Shown here piece after piece: positions 5,300 through 5,605 of a stretch of DNA of 5,605 bases (within the stretch, counting starts at the first letter, position 1; each line of letters begins with the position of its first letter). The stretch lies in the IMG/VR virus record IMGVR_UViG_3300011730_000006, positions 1 through 5,605 of that record; one strand, 5' to 3'. Source of the stretch: a virus. A program made the position numbers and the translations under genes. The notes under the pieces were generated by a model, which was not told the DNA's origin, searched no databases, and saw only the letters and a program-made list of their open reading frames with translations.

Positions 5300-5551
5300 A
5301 TGTCTATTCACGAAATTCGAGTACCATTAAATAATGTAGTTATTAAGACTAAAAATAATAAATCGGGTAATCCTTTTTATTATTTTGAAGTGTTAGAACC
5401 GCAATGGAAATTTTTACAAGTTAATAATAATCCTCGTGTTGAATCTCTCCTAGCTGAGTTTGCTAAAACTCAGCAGCCAATTAATTTAAATGCACTACTT
5501 CAAAAAGATAGTTTTGTTATTGATGACAATTCTTTTCAGCTTCAAAAGTAG
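5300..5551 (+). CDS. ssDNA-binding protein (g5p-like), 83 aa
   Basis: The SD site GAGGA (5289-5293) is 6 nt upstream. Its size and its position at the head of the structural operon match g5p (87 aa in Ff). The N-terminal pattern MSIHEIRVP...KNNKSGNPFYYFE is reminiscent of Ff g5p MIKVEIKPS...SRQGKPYSLNE. This is a positional and weak-motif assignment. Confidence 0.55.
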   Translation: MSIHEIRVPLNNVVIKTKNNKSGNPFYYFEVLEPQWKFLQVNNNPRVESLLAEFAKTQQPINLNALLQKDSFVIDDNSFQLQK

Positions 5552-5605
5552 GTTTTAAAAAATGGCATATGTCTGTGAAGTTTTAGACGCTGCACAAGCC
5601 TGTGT
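5483..5605. repeat. Terminal overlap (right copy), identical to 1-123
   Basis: Direct comparison with bases 1-123. The offset is 5482 nt. Confidence 0.95.
5562..5605 (+). CDS. 5' fragment (redundant copy) of the 61-aa membrane protein gene at 80-265
   Basis: It is identical to 80-123 because of the terminal overlap. Confidence 0.5.
   Translation, partial: MAYVCEVLDAAQAC

Larger units (their letters stand above)
1..5482 (+). mobile_element. One full unit of a circular filamentous-phage (Inoviridae-like) genome, 5482 nt
   Basis: Bases 1-123 are repeated exactly at 5483-5605, which indicates a circular molecule. The gene set and order (Rep, ssDNA-binding protein, small membrane protein, major coat, adsorption protein, g6p-like, Zot/pI-like ATPase) is the canonical inovirus layout. 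All large genes are on one strand. Confidence 0.85.

Noticed and set aside
1-5605. Search for CRISPR arrays, tRNA/rRNA genes, transposase/integrase genes and toxin-antitoxin pairs
   Set aside because: No spaced direct-repeat arrays, cloverleaf-compatible segments or ORFs with recombinase-like motifs were seen. The coding capacity is fully used by the phage core genes.

Overview
The window is one complete circular genome of a small filamentous phage (Inoviridae-like). It is read slightly past its junction: bases 1-123 are identical to 5483-5605, so the unit length is 5482 nt. All large genes are on the + strand in the usual inovirus order. They are a pC194/Rep_1-type rolling-circle Rep (4015-4998), a g5p-like ssDNA-binding protein (5300-5551), a small membrane protein (80-265), a g8p-like major coat protein (268-525) followed by a strong terminator, a g3p-like adsorption protein (616-1911), a g6p-like protein (1911-2189) and a Zot/pI-like assembly ATPase (2274-3713). 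No secretin, integrase, tRNA, rRNA or CRISPR is present. Several things are not explained by the ORF track. (1) A 54-aa minus-strand ORF (5017-5181) has a good Shine-Dalgarno (SD) site and a ribbon-helix-helix (RHH)-like pattern. It shares a bidirectional terminator with rep and faces a 13-bp perfect inverted repeat, which looks like a repressor/operator switch. (2) The intergenic region 3714-3990 carries a CTTGATA nick motif closely resembling the pC194/phiX174 origin, plus a second degenerate copy 143 nt upstream. (3) Two GC-rich imperfect hairpins (2189-2257, 3772-3846) sit in an otherwise AT-rich genome. They are candidates for the packaging signal and the minus-strand origin. (4) The Zot homologue carries a roughly 90-aa insertion of about 22% GC after Walker A, and a long Cys-containing periplasmic tail with an 11-aa tandem repeat. 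(5) Base composition is mosaic between the structural module and the replication/assembly modules. The host cannot be determined from sequence alone. All family assignments rest on motif recognition by eye, not on database searches.
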